DNA from: Alloprevotella sp.
GTDB lineage: Bacteria; Bacteroidota; Bacteroidia; Bacteroidales; Bacteroidaceae
Assembly (NCBI GenBank): GCA_045614785.1
Contig: JAZLDQ010000028.1
Span: forward strand, 83,898-147,897
Length of the DNA stretch: 64,000 nt
Direction: 5' to 3'
The notes below the pieces were generated by a model. It did not search any database and was not told where the DNA came from. It saw only the letters and a program-made list of their open reading frames with translations. Both the position numbers and the translations under genes were made by a program. The stretch's first letter is position 1; each line of letters opens with the position of its first letter. Positions 47,879-57,995 of the stretch are shown here, one piece after another.

Positions 47879-49822
47879 ATGTTTGGATTTGTGAAAGTAG
47901 CTACCGCTATACCTAGCGTAAGAGTAGCGGATGTGAAACATAACGCAGATAAGATTCTTGCACAGATGGTGATGGCTGATGCTAAGGGTGCACGTGTGGT
48001 AGTCTTCCCAGAGTTGAGCCTAACGGGGAGTACTTGTGGCGACTTGTATCATCAGCAATTGTTGTTGAATGAAGCAGAGTCAATGCTTTTGCGCTTGCTC
48101 GAAGTGTCGCGTTCGCTCAAGGTGGTAGCTATTGTGGGCGCTCCGCTTTACTATGAGGGTGCGGTGTACGATTGTGCCGTGGTGATGCAAGAAGGGCGCA
48201 TCATGGGAATTGTGCCGAAGACACATGTACTAGCAAATACTCAGGTGCGCTGGTTTGCTTCTGCATCTGAACTTCCCGAAGGTGCAGAGTATAGTTTTTG
48301 TGGCGAAAACGTGCCCTTTGGCGCAAACCTGCTTTTCCGTATGTCGGATATGACGTTTGCCGTAGAGGTGGGCGATGATTTAATGAATGTGATGCCTCCC
48401 TCCTTGTGTCACGCAAAAGCTGGAGCAGAGGTGGTGTTCAATTTGTCGGCTTTTCCCGAAGTGTTGGGGGCGTATAGCGAGTTGAAGTCAAGGGTCGCTA
48501 GCTACTCTTCTCAATGCAAATGTGCATATGTACTTAGCTCGGCAGGCTTTGGCGAAAGCACCCAGGATGGCGTCTATCCAGGATGTAGCTTTATCGTAGA
48601 AAATGGTTGTTTGTTGTCTGAAGGACAGCGATTTGTTATGAATGAACAGTTGCTGATGACGGATGTTGACGTTGAGTTGTTGAGGCACGACCGAGTGAAG
48701 GCATCGTGGAAGTCAGCAATGCGCGACTTGGCAAATCATACATATCGAAAAGTGCAGATGTCGGAGGCTTTCGAAGCTCAAAATGAGTTTAAGCTTGAGC
48801 GCAAGGTGTCGGCTTCGCCATTCATGCCCGAGGCGCAGATGTTGAGCCAATGGTGCTCGGATGCGCTTGAATTGCAGAGTGAGGGGCTCGCAAAGCGTCT
48901 TCTCCATACGCATGCACAAACGGCTGTGATAGGTGTTAGCGGAGGGTTGGACTCAACGTTGGCTTTGCTTGTTTGCGTCAGGGCGTTTGATAAGTTGCAA
49001 TTGGATAGAAATAACATTGTTGGCATCACAATGCCCGGTTTTGGCACATCAGGACGTACGCATACGAATGCGCATAAGTTGATGCAATTGTTAGGTGTTA
49101 CGATTCGTGAGATATCCATAGCAAAGGCTGTTGAGCAACATTTTGATGATATCCTTCATAATAAAGAAAACCATGATGTGGTGTACGAAAATAGTCAGGC
49201 ACGCGAGCGTACGCAGATTCTCATGGATGTTGCAAATCAGCTGAATGGTCTTGTGATTGGTACGGGCGATCTTTCAGAGCTAGCACTAGGATGGGCTACT
49301 TATAATGGCGACCATATGTCGATGTATAGTGTCAATGCTTCGCTTCCGAAGACAATGATGCGCCATATTGTGGCTCATATAGCCCACGAGGCAGAAAATG
49401 AGGAAGTTAAGGCTGTATTGCTCGACATTGTAGATACTCCTATTTCGCCTGAATTAAAACCCACGGATCAGCGTGGTGATATCGCTCAAAAAACGGAAGA
49501 TTTGGTTGGGCCGTATGAACTTCATGATTTCTTTATTTATCATATATTGCATAGTGCTTATTCGCCCGCAAAGATTTTTTACTTGGCAAAATATGCTTTT
49601 TCTACTCCTACGGTCTATACAGATAGCTATGACGATGAAACGATAAAAAAATGGTTGTCAGTATTTTGTAGAAGATTCTTTAATCAACAATTTAAGCGTT
49701 CATGTATGCCTGATGGACCACAAATTACGGTGTGCTCTCTAAGCCCCCGAGGTGCTTGGGCAATGCCTACGGATGCTTGCTCGGATTCATGGTTGGAAAG
49801 TGCAACTGGTAATAGCAATTAG
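47879..49822 (+). CDS. nadE: NAD+ synthetase with N-terminal nitrilase-like domain
   Basis: FPELSLTG, GVSGGLDST, ENSQARER, GTGDLSE and QQFKRS motifs. Confidence 0.93.
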   Translation: MFGFVKVATAIPSVRVADVKHNADKILAQMVMADAKGARVVVFPELSLTGSTCGDLYHQQLLLNEAESMLLRLLEVSRSLKVVAIVGAPLYYEGAVYDCAVVMQEGRIMGIVPKTHVLANTQVRWFASASELPEGAEYSFCGENVPFGANLLFRMSDMTFAVEVGDDLMNVMPPSLCHAKAGAEVVFNLSAFPEVLGAYSELKSRVASYSSQCKCAYVLSSAGFGESTQDGVYPGCSFIVENGCLLSEGQRFVMNEQLLMTDVDVELLRHDRVKASWKSAMRDLANHTYRKVQMSEAFEAQNEFKLERKVSASPFMPEAQMLSQWCSDALELQSEGLAKRLLHTHAQTAVIGVSGGLDSTLALLVCVRAFDKLQLDRNNIVGITMPGFGTSGRTHTNAHKLMQLLGVTIREISIAKAVEQHFDDILHNKENHDVVYENSQARERTQILMDVANQLNGLVIGTGDLSELALGWATYNGDHMSMYSVNASLPKTMMRHIVAHIAHEAENEEVKAVLLDIVDTPISPELKPTDQRGDIAQKTEDLVGPYELHDFFIYHILHSAYSPAKIFYLAKYAFSTPTVYTDSYDDETIKKWLSVFCRRFFNQQFKRSCMPDGPQITVCSLSPRGAWAMPTDACSDSWLESATGNSN

Positions 49823-50013
49823 CGATATTTGAGTTGTAGAAACAACTGATTGAAGGTATATAGCAATAATAACAAAAAATATTTCACCTCTTATCTCTTT
49901 CGTGTGAATAAAATATTGTAATTTTGCTATTGAAATTGGCGTGCATATACGTCGGCTTTCGTTTTACTCGTGAAATATTAACTTAATCATTTTATTAATA
50001 CATTTTTTTGACA

Positions 50014-51654
50014 ATGGAAAAAAGTGCACTTCAAATTGCTCGTGCTGCTTATCAGCCCAAGCTTCCCGCAGGTCTTCGTGGTAACGTAGCCGTTAAGGAA
50101 GGCGAACCCACTCAGAGTGTAGGTAATCAGGAAGAAATCAAGGCTCTCTTCCCCAATACTTATGGCATGCCTCTCGTTGAATTCGTTCCAACAGACGAAG
50201 CTAAGGAATATGCTCCTATCAACATCGGTATTATCCTCTCTGGTGGTCAGGCTCCTGGTGGTCACAACGTAATCTGTGGTCTCTATGATGGTCTTAAGAA
50301 GCAAAACCCTGCAAGCAAGCTTTATGGCTTCTTGATGGGTCCTGGTGGTCTTGTTGATCACAAGTATATTGAAATGACTGACGAACTCATCGACGAATAC
50401 CGCAACACTGGTGGTTTCGACATGATTGGTTCTGGTCGTACTAAGCTCGAAGAAGTAGAACAGTTCGAAAAGGGTATGGAAATTATCCGCGAACTCGGAC
50501 TCAACGCTATAGTTATCATTGGTGGTGACGACTCTAACACAAACGCTTGCGTACTTGCTGAATATTATGCGGCTAAGAACTATGGTGTACAGGTTATCGG
50601 TTGCCCCAAGACTATCGACGGTGACTTGAAGAACGATCAGATTGAAACTTCTTTCGGTTTCGATACAGCTTGTAAGACTTATGCTGAAGTAATCGGTAAC
50701 ATTCAGCGCGACGCTAACTCTGCACGTAAGTACTGGCACTTCATCAAGCTCATGGGTCGCTCTGCCAGCCACATCGCTCTTGAGTGCGCACTTCAGTGTC
50801 AACCCAACGTTTGTATTATTAGCGAAGAAGTGGAAGAAAAGAATATGACACTCGACGATGTTGTGACATACATTGCTTCTGCCGTTGCTAAGCGTGCTGA
50901 AGCTGGCAACAACTTCGGTACAGTTCTTATCCCTGAAGGTCTTATTGAATTTATCCCCGCATTCAAGGCACTCATCGCTGAACTTAATGACCTCCTTGCA
51001 ACAGACGAAGCTAAGAACGTAGGTGTTGCTGGTCTCCGTGCATTCGTTCTCGAAAAGCTTTCTGCTACAAATGCTGCTCTCTACGAAAGCCTTCCCGAAG
51101 GTGTTGCTAAGCAGCTTACACTCGATCGTGACCCCCACGGTAACGTACAGGTTTCTCTCATCGAAACAGAAAAGCTCCTCTCTGAAATGGTGGCTGCTAA
51201 GCTCGCTGCATGGAAGAAGGAAGGTAAGTTCAATGGTAAGTTTGCTGCTCAACACCACTTCTTCGGTTACGAGGGCCGTGGCGCTGCACCTTCTAACTAC
51301 GATGCTGGCTACTGCTATGCACTCGGTACTTCGGCTGCTCAACTCGTGGCAAATGGTAAGACTGGCTACATGGCTATCGTTAAGAATACAACTGCGCCTG
51401 CAGCTGAATGGGTTGCTGGTGGTGTGCCCATCACAATGATGATGAATATGGAACGTCGTCATGGTGCTATGAAGCCCGTAATCCGCAAAGCACTTGTTCG
51501 TCTTGATGGTGCTCCTTTCAAGGAATTTGCTGCTAACCGCGAAGCTTGGGCTGAACAGACAGCTTTCGTTTATCCTGGTCCTATCCAGTACTTTGGTCCC
51601 TCTGAAGTGTGTGATCAGTGTACTATGACTTTGAAGCTCGAACAAGCAAAGTAA
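50014..51654 (+). CDS. pfp: Pyrophosphate-dependent fructose-6-phosphate 1-phosphotransferase
   Basis: [27 protein letters not shown] and YPGPIQ motifs. Confidence 0.96.
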   Translation: MEKSALQIARAAYQPKLPAGLRGNVAVKEGEPTQSVGNQEEIKALFPNTYGMPLVEFVPTDEAKEYAPINIGIILSGGQAPGGHNVICGLYDGLKKQNPASKLYGFLMGPGGLVDHKYIEMTDELIDEYRNTGGFDMIGSGRTKLEEVEQFEKGMEIIRELGLNAIVIIGGDDSNTNACVLAEYYAAKNYGVQVIGCPKTIDGDLKNDQIETSFGFDTACKTYAEVIGNIQRDANSARKYWHFIKLMGRSASHIALECALQCQPNVCIISEEVEEKNMTLDDVVTYIASAVAKRAEAGNNFGTVLIPEGLIEFIPAFKALIAELNDLLATDEAKNVGVAGLRAFVLEKLSATNAALYESLPEGVAKQLTLDRDPHGNVQVSLIETEKLLSEMVAAKLAAWKKEGKFNGKFAAQHHFFGYEGRGAAPSNYDAGYCYALGTSAAQLVANGKTGYMAIVKNTTAPAAEWVAGGVPITMMMNMERRHGAMKPVIRKALVRLDGAPFKEFAANREAWAEQTAFVYPGPIQYFGPSEVCDQCTMTLKLEQAK

Positions 51655-51678
51655 TGAGTTTGTTAAAACCATAAAATA

Positions 51679-51725
51679 AAAAGATGTGGCTTATCACGAT
51701 TGATTTGCCACATCTTTTCTTTTTT
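51679..51725. terminator. Bidirectional terminator
   Basis: AAAAGATGTGGC...GCCACATCTTTT. Confidence 0.8.
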
Positions 51726-51737
51726 ACTTATAACGAT

Positions 51738-52508
51738 TTATCTTCCAAAATTTCGTTCTCTTTGACCTTTGTTATTGTTATTATTCTGTTTAACCGCTTT
51801 GTTATTTCGGTTGGAGGGTGTTGAAGGAGTAGTAGAGCGGTTGTTCGACGGACGTGAGGGATGAGGGGTGTTTGTCTTGGGGCGATTGTTGGAATTCTTG
51901 TCTTTTATATTTTTACCATGTGGAGACACATTGTTTTTGTTAGATGGGTGGTCATTATTTTGGCGTTTGGGGATACCATATTCAGGATGGTGAGCATGAC
52001 CATGTGGGCGTGAGTTGTGGTATTGATCTCTTAAACCGCCAGCAGGTCGATGTTGAATACCTTTGTATGGACTATGGGCTTTGGGACTTCTTTTGTGCCA
52101 TCTGCCTCCGCAATAGGATTTATAGGTTTTTGGTTTGTGGAAGTAGAAATACCCCTTTCGATAGTGGTCGTAAACAGTGAAAAACCAATGTGAATGCTTT
52201 CTATGTATGGGGTTATAGAAGTAAGCAATGCTTGAAAATAGCCGATATTGCCAATCATGAAGAATGTAGCTTAAGTCGATGTTGCGATATTCCCAATATT
52301 GTCCATGGATATCATTGTAAGTGTCAACATGAAGGAAATATTCCAAATTTACTTCGTATACTTGGTCAAATTGATAAGGAGTTAAATTTAATTCGTAAGC
52401 CATTTTGTCGGTTAAGAACCATGCGTGTTGGCGAGCTTCTTTAAAATTGAGTGACAATGCGCTTGTTGTGATGAGGAGCGCTAAGAGTGTTGTTAGTAGC
52501 TTTTTCAT
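51738..52508 (-). CDS. Exported hypothetical protein with aromatic-rich core and basic low-complexity tail
   Basis: MKKLL signal peptide; FLTDKMAYELNL motif; Y/H/W-rich middle; N/P/R/S tail ending FGR. Confidence 0.75.
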   Translation of the reverse strand: MKKLLTTLLALLITTSALSLNFKEARQHAWFLTDKMAYELNLTPYQFDQVYEVNLEYFLHVDTYNDIHGQYWEYRNIDLSYILHDWQYRLFSSIAYFYNPIHRKHSHWFFTVYDHYRKGYFYFHKPKTYKSYCGGRWHKRSPKAHSPYKGIQHRPAGGLRDQYHNSRPHGHAHHPEYGIPKRQNNDHPSNKNNVSPHGKNIKDKNSNNRPKTNTPHPSRPSNNRSTTPSTPSNRNNKAVKQNNNNNKGQRERNFGR

Positions 52509-52836
52509 ATTGTTGAATTTTTGATATTTCATGTTCTTATGTTTGCAAAGATGAATAAAACTATTTGAATTGCAAAAGTTTTTATTATGTTTTGTACTAT
52601 TTATGTTGCTTTTTAACATTTATTATATTCATAAATGTGTTTTTATGTCAAAAAAAGATAGGGTTTCTTTCTAATATTTTTCTACTTTGGTAAATTATAT
52701 CTAATTTTGCCAAAATTTAGAGAGGCATTTATTTGTTTGCCTATATATAATATAATATTGAGTATGAAATCTGCTAGGGGGCAATGTTAATTATATTCCT
52801 TATTTTGCATACTAGTAGAGATTAAAAAATAAAATT

Positions 52837-55179
52837 ATGAGTAAGATTGTTAGCAAGGAACAATTCTCTGAAAAGGTTTTTAAGCTTGAAGTTGAAGCTC
52901 CTTTGATTGCTCGTTCTCGCCGAGCTGGACATTTCGTTATTGTTCGTTTGAGTGAAAAAGGGGAACGTATCCCTTTGACTATTGCCGATTCTGATCCAGT
53001 GAAGGGCACCATCACTTTGGTGATTCAAACTGTTGGTAAGACTTCTACCGAACTTTGCAAGATGAATGTTGGAGACGATATTCTTGACGTCGTAGGTCCT
53101 CTTGGTAAAGCTACACACATTGACAACTTCGGTACTGTTGTTTGCGCCGGAGGTGGTGTTGGTGTTGCGCCAATGTTGCCCATTATTGTTGCGTTGAAGA
53201 AGGCAGGCAATCGTGTTATCTCTGTATTGGCTGGTCGCTCAAAGGATCTTATTATTCTTGAAGAAGAGGTTCGTAAGCATAGCGATGAAGTCATCATCAT
53301 GACCGACGACGGTTCGTATGGTCAGCAAGGTTTGGTGACTCAGGGCATAGAAAGCGTAATTCAGCGCGAAAAGGTGGACAAGTGTTTCGCAATCGGTCCT
53401 GCCATCATGATGAAGTTCGTATGCTTGCTCACAAAGAAATATGAAATCCCCACCGACGTATCGCTCAATACCATCATGGTGGACGGTACGGGTATGTGTG
53501 GTGCATGTCGTATCACCGTAGGCGGACAGACAAAGTTTGTATGTGTTGACGGTCCTGAATTTGACGGCCATCAAGTTGACTTCGACGAAATGCTCAAGCG
53601 TATGGCAGCTTTCAAGCGTGAAGAAATAGAAGCAATGCAACCCGTGGTTGAAACTGCTACTGAAGAAGTGGTAGAAGAGAAGAAGGGTTGCGGATGCCCC
53701 GAAGGTGTTGATTGCGCTGAAGTGTATGCTGACGTAGAAGGTTGCAACGACGCTTGGCGCGCTGAACTCCGTACGCAGATGAAGCCCAAGGAACGCATGC
53801 AGATTGAACGTTGCGTAATGCCCGAACTCGATCCTGAATATCGTGCTCGCCAGTTGAAGGAAGAAGTGAACCAAGGTTTGAGCATTGCACAGGCACAACA
53901 AGAAGCAAAGCGTTGTCTTGACTGCCCCAATCCTGGTTGCGTTGCTGGTTGCCCCGTAAGCATCAACATTCCTGGTTTCATTAAGCACATTGAAGTGGGC
54001 GACTTTGCAGGTGCTGCTCGTGTGATCAAGAAGACAAGCGCATTGCCCGCTGTGTGTGGTCGTGTATGTCCTCAGGAAAAGCAGTGTGAAAGCAAGTGCA
54101 TCCACGTCAAGACTGGTGGCAAACCTGTTGCTATTGGTTACCTCGAACGCTTTGCGGCCGACTATGAACGCGAGCACAACCTTGCACAACCCATCGTCCC
54201 CGCAGAAAAGAAGGGCAAGAAGGTGGCCGTAGTTGGTTCAGGTCCTGCAGGGCTCTCATTTGCAGGCAGCATGATTGCACGTGGTTATGACGTAACAGTA
54301 TTCGAAGCGCTCCACGAAATTGGTGGTGTGTTGAAGTACGGTATCCCCGAATTCCGTCTCCCCAACACCATCGTAGAGTTTGAAATCAAGAACCTCGAAA
54401 AGAGCGGTGTGAAATTTGTGAAGGACTGCGTGGTAGGTAAGACTATTTCTATTGCAGAACTCCAAGCTGAAGGTTACGAAGGCATCTTCGTTGCATCAGG
54501 TGCTGGTCTTCCCAACTTCATGGGTATTAAGGGCGAAAATAGTACTGGTGTGATGTCAAGTAACGAATACCTTACGCGTGTGAACCTCATGGATGCTTCT
54601 AACAAGAAGGCAGATACGCCCATTCTTTTTGGCAAGCGCGTAGCAGTTGTAGGTGGTGGTAACACCGCCATGGACTCTGTCCGTACAGCTCTCCGCCTTG
54701 GTGCGGAGCGTGCTATGATTATCTACCGCCGTTCAGAAGAAGAAATGCCCGCACGTCTTGAAGAAGTGCACCACGCAAAGCAGGAAGGTGTTGAATTCCT
54801 TACGCTCCACAACCCCATTGAATATATCGCTGATGAGCAAGGTGCTGTAAAGCAAGTGGTGTTACAACGCATGGAACTTGGTGAACCCGATGCTTCAGGT
54901 CGTCGCTCTCCCGTGCCCGTAGAAGGTGGTATTGAAACGCTCGATGTCGATCTCGTAGTCGTAGCTATTGGCGTATCGCCTAACCCCATCGTTCCCGCGT
55001 CTGTAGAAGGACTTGAAACAGGTCGTAAGGGCGTTATCGTCGTGGGCGAAGATATGCAGTCATCAATCCCCATGCTCTACGCGGGTGGTGACATCGTTCG
55101 CGGTGGAGCTACCGTAATCCTTGCAATGGGTGATGGTAAGCATGCTGCTGAAGAAATGGATAAAGCGTTGAATAAGTAG
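52837..55179 (+). CDS. Fused NfnA-NfnB-like (PyrK/SudB + GltD/SudA) flavoprotein
   Basis: GERIPLT, GGGVG and DGTGMCGAC..CVDGP in the N-terminal half; RCLDC..C..GCP, CGRVCPQE, GSGPAG and GGGNTAMD in the C-terminal half. Confidence 0.92.
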   Translation: MSKIVSKEQFSEKVFKLEVEAPLIARSRRAGHFVIVRLSEKGERIPLTIADSDPVKGTITLVIQTVGKTSTELCKMNVGDDILDVVGPLGKATHIDNFGTVVCAGGGVGVAPMLPIIVALKKAGNRVISVLAGRSKDLIILEEEVRKHSDEVIIMTDDGSYGQQGLVTQGIESVIQREKVDKCFAIGPAIMMKFVCLLTKKYEIPTDVSLNTIMVDGTGMCGACRITVGGQTKFVCVDGPEFDGHQVDFDEMLKRMAAFKREEIEAMQPVVETATEEVVEEKKGCGCPEGVDCAEVYADVEGCNDAWRAELRTQMKPKERMQIERCVMPELDPEYRARQLKEEVNQGLSIAQAQQEAKRCLDCPNPGCVAGCPVSINIPGFIKHIEVGDFAGAARVIKKTSALPAVCGRVCPQEKQCESKCIHVKTGGKPVAIGYLERFAADYEREHNLAQPIVPAEKKGKKVAVVGSGPAGLSFAGSMIARGYDVTVFEALHEIGGVLKYGIPEFRLPNTIVEFEIKNLEKSGVKFVKDCVVGKTISIAELQAEGYEGIFVASGAGLPNFMGIKGENSTGVMSSNEYLTRVNLMDASNKKADTPILFGKRVAVVGGGNTAMDSVRTALRLGAERAMIIYRRSEEEMPARLEEVHHAKQEGVEFLTLHNPIEYIADEQGAVKQVVLQRMELGEPDASGRRSPVPVEGGIETLDVDLVVVAIGVSPNPIVPASVEGLETGRKGVIVVGEDMQSSIPMLYAGGDIVRGGATVILAMGDGKHAAEEMDKALNK

Positions 55180-55251
55180 TGAGAAGTAGTAGTGAGTAGT
55201 GAGTAGACCATTCGGATGGACTACTATCTCCTCTCCACTAACTACTAACTG
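55177..55251. repeat. REP-like element with heptamer arms
   Basis: TAGTGAG units, CCATTCGGATGG hairpin and inverse CTAACTA units. Confidence 0.7.
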
Positions 55252-55265
55252 TTTAAAACATAGTT

Positions 55266-55634
55266 ATGTCTGGAGTATATTCCGTGTTATTGCTCGTATT
55301 GAGTAATATATTTATGACTTTTGCTTGGTATGGTCACCTCAAGTTGAGCGAAACGGGTATCAGCAAAAATTGGCCTTTAATTGCAATTATCGCCTTTTCA
55401 TGGGGAATCGCTTTCTTTGAATACGTGTGTCAAGTTCCAGCCAACCGTATTGGCTTTATTGATAATGGAGGGCCTTTTACACTTATTCAATTAAAAGTAA
55501 TTCAAGAGGTTGTATCTTTACTTGTCTTTACCGTTGTAGTAACGATATTGTTTAAGGGTGAAGCATTTCATTGGAACCACATTGCAGCCTTTGCTTGCCT
55601 CGTAGCAGCTGTATATTTCGTTTTTATGAAGTAA
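55266..55634 (+). CDS. DMT-superfamily small membrane protein
   Basis: SNIFMTFAWYGHLK, QVPANRIG and QLKVIQE motifs. Confidence 0.88.
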   Translation: MSGVYSVLLLVLSNIFMTFAWYGHLKLSETGISKNWPLIAIIAFSWGIAFFEYVCQVPANRIGFIDNGGPFTLIQLKVIQEVVSLLVFTVVVTILFKGEAFHWNHIAAFACLVAAVYFVFMK

Positions 55635-55646
55635 CCATCCAAAGCG

Positions 55647-56366
55647 ATGAATAAGCAATTACGAACTCGATTATTAAGAAGTTTTAGAGAGGGGGTTAAG
55701 GAGTTTCAGCTCATAGCTCCCTCTGATTCTATTCTCATAGGGTTGTCGGGGGGTAAAGATTCGCTTGCGCTGCTCGACCTTATGGGTGACATGTTGCGTC
55801 ATAGCAATAATGGTTTTATTCTCTATGCCCTCCATGTGCGTATGCTTGGTGTTGATTATCAATCTGATAGCTCTTATCTCAGACAGCAATGTGAGCTAAA
55901 CGGAATAATTTATCATGAGCGTCATGTGTCATTTGAAGCAGATCGTAACGTGAAGCGCACCCCATGTTTCCTTTGTTCTTGGAATCGTCGTAAAACGCTT
56001 TTTGAAGTAGCACAAGAGTTGGGTTGCAACAAGATAGCTTTAGGTCACCACCAAGATGATATTCTTCATACGGCTCTGATGAATCTTTCCTACTCAGGAA
56101 GTTTCTCAACCATGCCCTGCCGTCTTAAGATGGATAAGATGCCACTTACTATCATACGCCCCCTCTGTAAAGTGAAAGAGGATTTGCTTAAGCAATGGGC
56201 TATAGAAGCGGCATATCAACCTCTCGTGAAGGTTTGTCCGCACGATAAGGTTTCTAAGCGCACCGAAATAGCCACTCTTTTCGAACAACTTGAAGCACAA
56301 AATCCAGAATTTCGTCCTAATCTTTGGAATGCCCTTTTGAAAGATGGAAAGTTGGTGGAGGAATAA
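55647..56366 (+). CDS. ttcA: TtcA-family tRNA thiolation PP-loop protein
   Basis: SGGKDS, PCFLC, LGHHQDD and IRPL motifs. Confidence 0.8.
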   Translation: MNKQLRTRLLRSFREGVKEFQLIAPSDSILIGLSGGKDSLALLDLMGDMLRHSNNGFILYALHVRMLGVDYQSDSSYLRQQCELNGIIYHERHVSFEADRNVKRTPCFLCSWNRRKTLFEVAQELGCNKIALGHHQDDILHTALMNLSYSGSFSTMPCRLKMDKMPLTIIRPLCKVKEDLLKQWAIEAAYQPLVKVCPHDKVSKRTEIATLFEQLEAQNPEFRPNLWNALLKDGKLVEE

Positions 56367-56387
56367 AAGAGGGTAGGGTATATTAAC

Positions 56388-56448
56388 AACGAAGTCGGAC
56401 TTAGTTGAAATTAGTTCCGACTTCGTTAAAATTAGTTCCGACTTCGTT
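56388..56448. repeat. 21-bp repeat family copy (one inverted unit, two direct units)
   Basis: AACGAAGTCGGA pairs with TCCGACTTCGTT; AAATTAGTTCCGACTTCGTT at 56408 and 56429. Confidence 0.8.
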
Positions 56449-56526
56449 TATATTGTCTTTTATGTCATTGTCTTGCTTACAAATAATAAATATTGTTTAG
56501 TTGACTTGATAAAAAGGGGTAAATAT

Positions 56527-56790
56527 GGGTCAGCGGATATTTCAGGTTGGAAGACGACTAATCAAGAATAAAGGTGTACCTTTGTTTTATGAAAACAGAA
56601 GCTTTCCTTCGTGCCATTCTTCCTGATGTGCTTATAGACAACTTCGATGTTGTTAACTTTGAAAAATCTGACCCCCGTTTTGATATTTATCTAGACGAGA
56701 AGAAAGTCCTCATGCGTGAGGATAAAAAACAGGCAATGTTATATCACATGTTTTTTGCGATTATCGCACCATTCAGGATACTGGCGTACA
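56527..56790 (+). mobile_element. Truncated ISL3/ISAon1-like insertion sequence left end
   Basis: GGGTCAGCGG putative terminus; ORF from 56589 (LRAILPDVLIDNFDVV..FDIYLDEKK) resembles the N-terminal ORF of these elements and then degenerates. Confidence 0.6.
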
Positions 56791-56946
56791 ATAGAAGAGG
56801 CGGCAAAGTGGGTTGAAGAATTGGTAGGTCATTCGGTAGAAGCGACTTTTACAGCTATACAGGATGCTCTAGATCAATATGTCGAAGAACAAGAAAATCT
56901 AGATGACTATTTTTACAGCTTTCACGAATTTCAATTTGTGAAATAG
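56790..56946 (+). pseudogene. Orphan 3' fragment of an acidic protein gene joined to the IS remnant
   Basis: Protein-like EEAAKWVEELVGHSVEATFTAIQDALDQYVEE...* with no credible own start; followed by a terminator at 56949-56990. Confidence 0.45.
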
Positions 56947-57087
56947 TAAGAGAGAGGTGTGCTAAATATAATGGCACACTTCTTTTTTTTTGTTCCCATT
57001 ATGAAGTATAAATAAGCAAAAGAGTTAAAAATACTCGTCGTTATTCAGATTTGGGGAAATTCCTCATTTAGTTTGCTAAAAATCGAG

Positions 57088-57385
57088 TAACTTTGCACTG
57101 CCTCATTGTGTGCTGTTTGTAAAGCATCATAGGGCGTATATATGATTTGGCGTTTACTACGCTTGATTTGACTGTCAAAACTCGCAACTTTGAATCCTCG
57201 TCAATGATAGCAATAGTGAATGCCACTTTGAGTATGGTAATGCTCGGCTTCATTGTTATATATCGATAACAGTGTTGCCTTGTCATCATATTCGGCGTGG
57301 GTATTCGCATTGCTTGTCCAGACGAGGAGGTAATGCGAGACCTTGACAGTGGGACAGGCTAACGTGATTAAGCCCACGCTTTTTC
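57088..57385 (+). ncRNA. Candidate structured 5' leader RNA
   Basis: TAACTTTG -7 element at 57088; about 360 nt to the first ATG; several long-range complementary blocks ending in a stem plus T-run. Confidence 0.55.
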
Positions 57386-57460
57386 TATATACCATAGTTA
57401 ACCGAAAACAAAACATCTCCAGCTTAGGGCTTTGACTGGTAAAAAAAGAAAGGACGAACT

Positions 57461-57985
57461 ATGTCAAAGCGTATGAAGAAAATGCATTTTCTTGCTACTC
57501 TACTATGTATTTTGTTGTTTCCATCTATAAACATGGAGGCAAAGAATTTTCCATTTTCTATTGATTCACCGAGAGAAGTATATGTAACTCGTAGCACAAC
57601 TGCCGGAAATAAGATGTTGAGGGTTGTAGCCTATGGCAAATCTGTGGATGCTGCAATAGAACAGGCCATGCTGGATGCTGTAGTTGCTCTAAGTTTTGAT
57701 GGGGCTATTGGTGAGGGTGAAATGGAAGGTTGCCCTGCTGTTTTAATGAATGGTCGAAAAGTTTATAATGAGAACAAACCATTTTTTGACAGGTTTTTCA
57801 AGAAAGGAATTTTTTTGAAGTTTGTAGAAAAAGTAAATAGTACATATCCTTCTGGTGCTAATAACGTAAAAACAAGTAAAGGAAGAAGAATACAGATTCT
57901 TTTAATTGTGAACTGGAAAGGGCTTGCTGACTATTTTAGAGGGGAGGGGTATAGAACCATTGTTAGTGAATTGAGCAACTATTAA
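57461..57985 (+). CDS. Exported hypothetical protein (LPP20-like alpha/beta motif)
   Basis: Signal peptide; VVAYGKSVDAAIEQAMLDAV. Confidence 0.65.
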   Translation: MSKRMKKMHFLATLLCILLFPSINMEAKNFPFSIDSPREVYVTRSTTAGNKMLRVVAYGKSVDAAIEQAMLDAVVALSFDGAIGEGEMEGCPAVLMNGRKVYNENKPFFDRFFKKGIFLKFVEKVNSTYPSGANNVKTSKGRRIQILLIVNWKGLADYFRGEGYRTIVSELSNY

Positions 57986-57995
57986 AAAGAATAAT

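Noticed and set aside
57068..57416. Minus-strand ORFs of 80 and 71 aa
   Set aside because: They overlap the promoter and structured leader of the plus-strand operon and have no motifs
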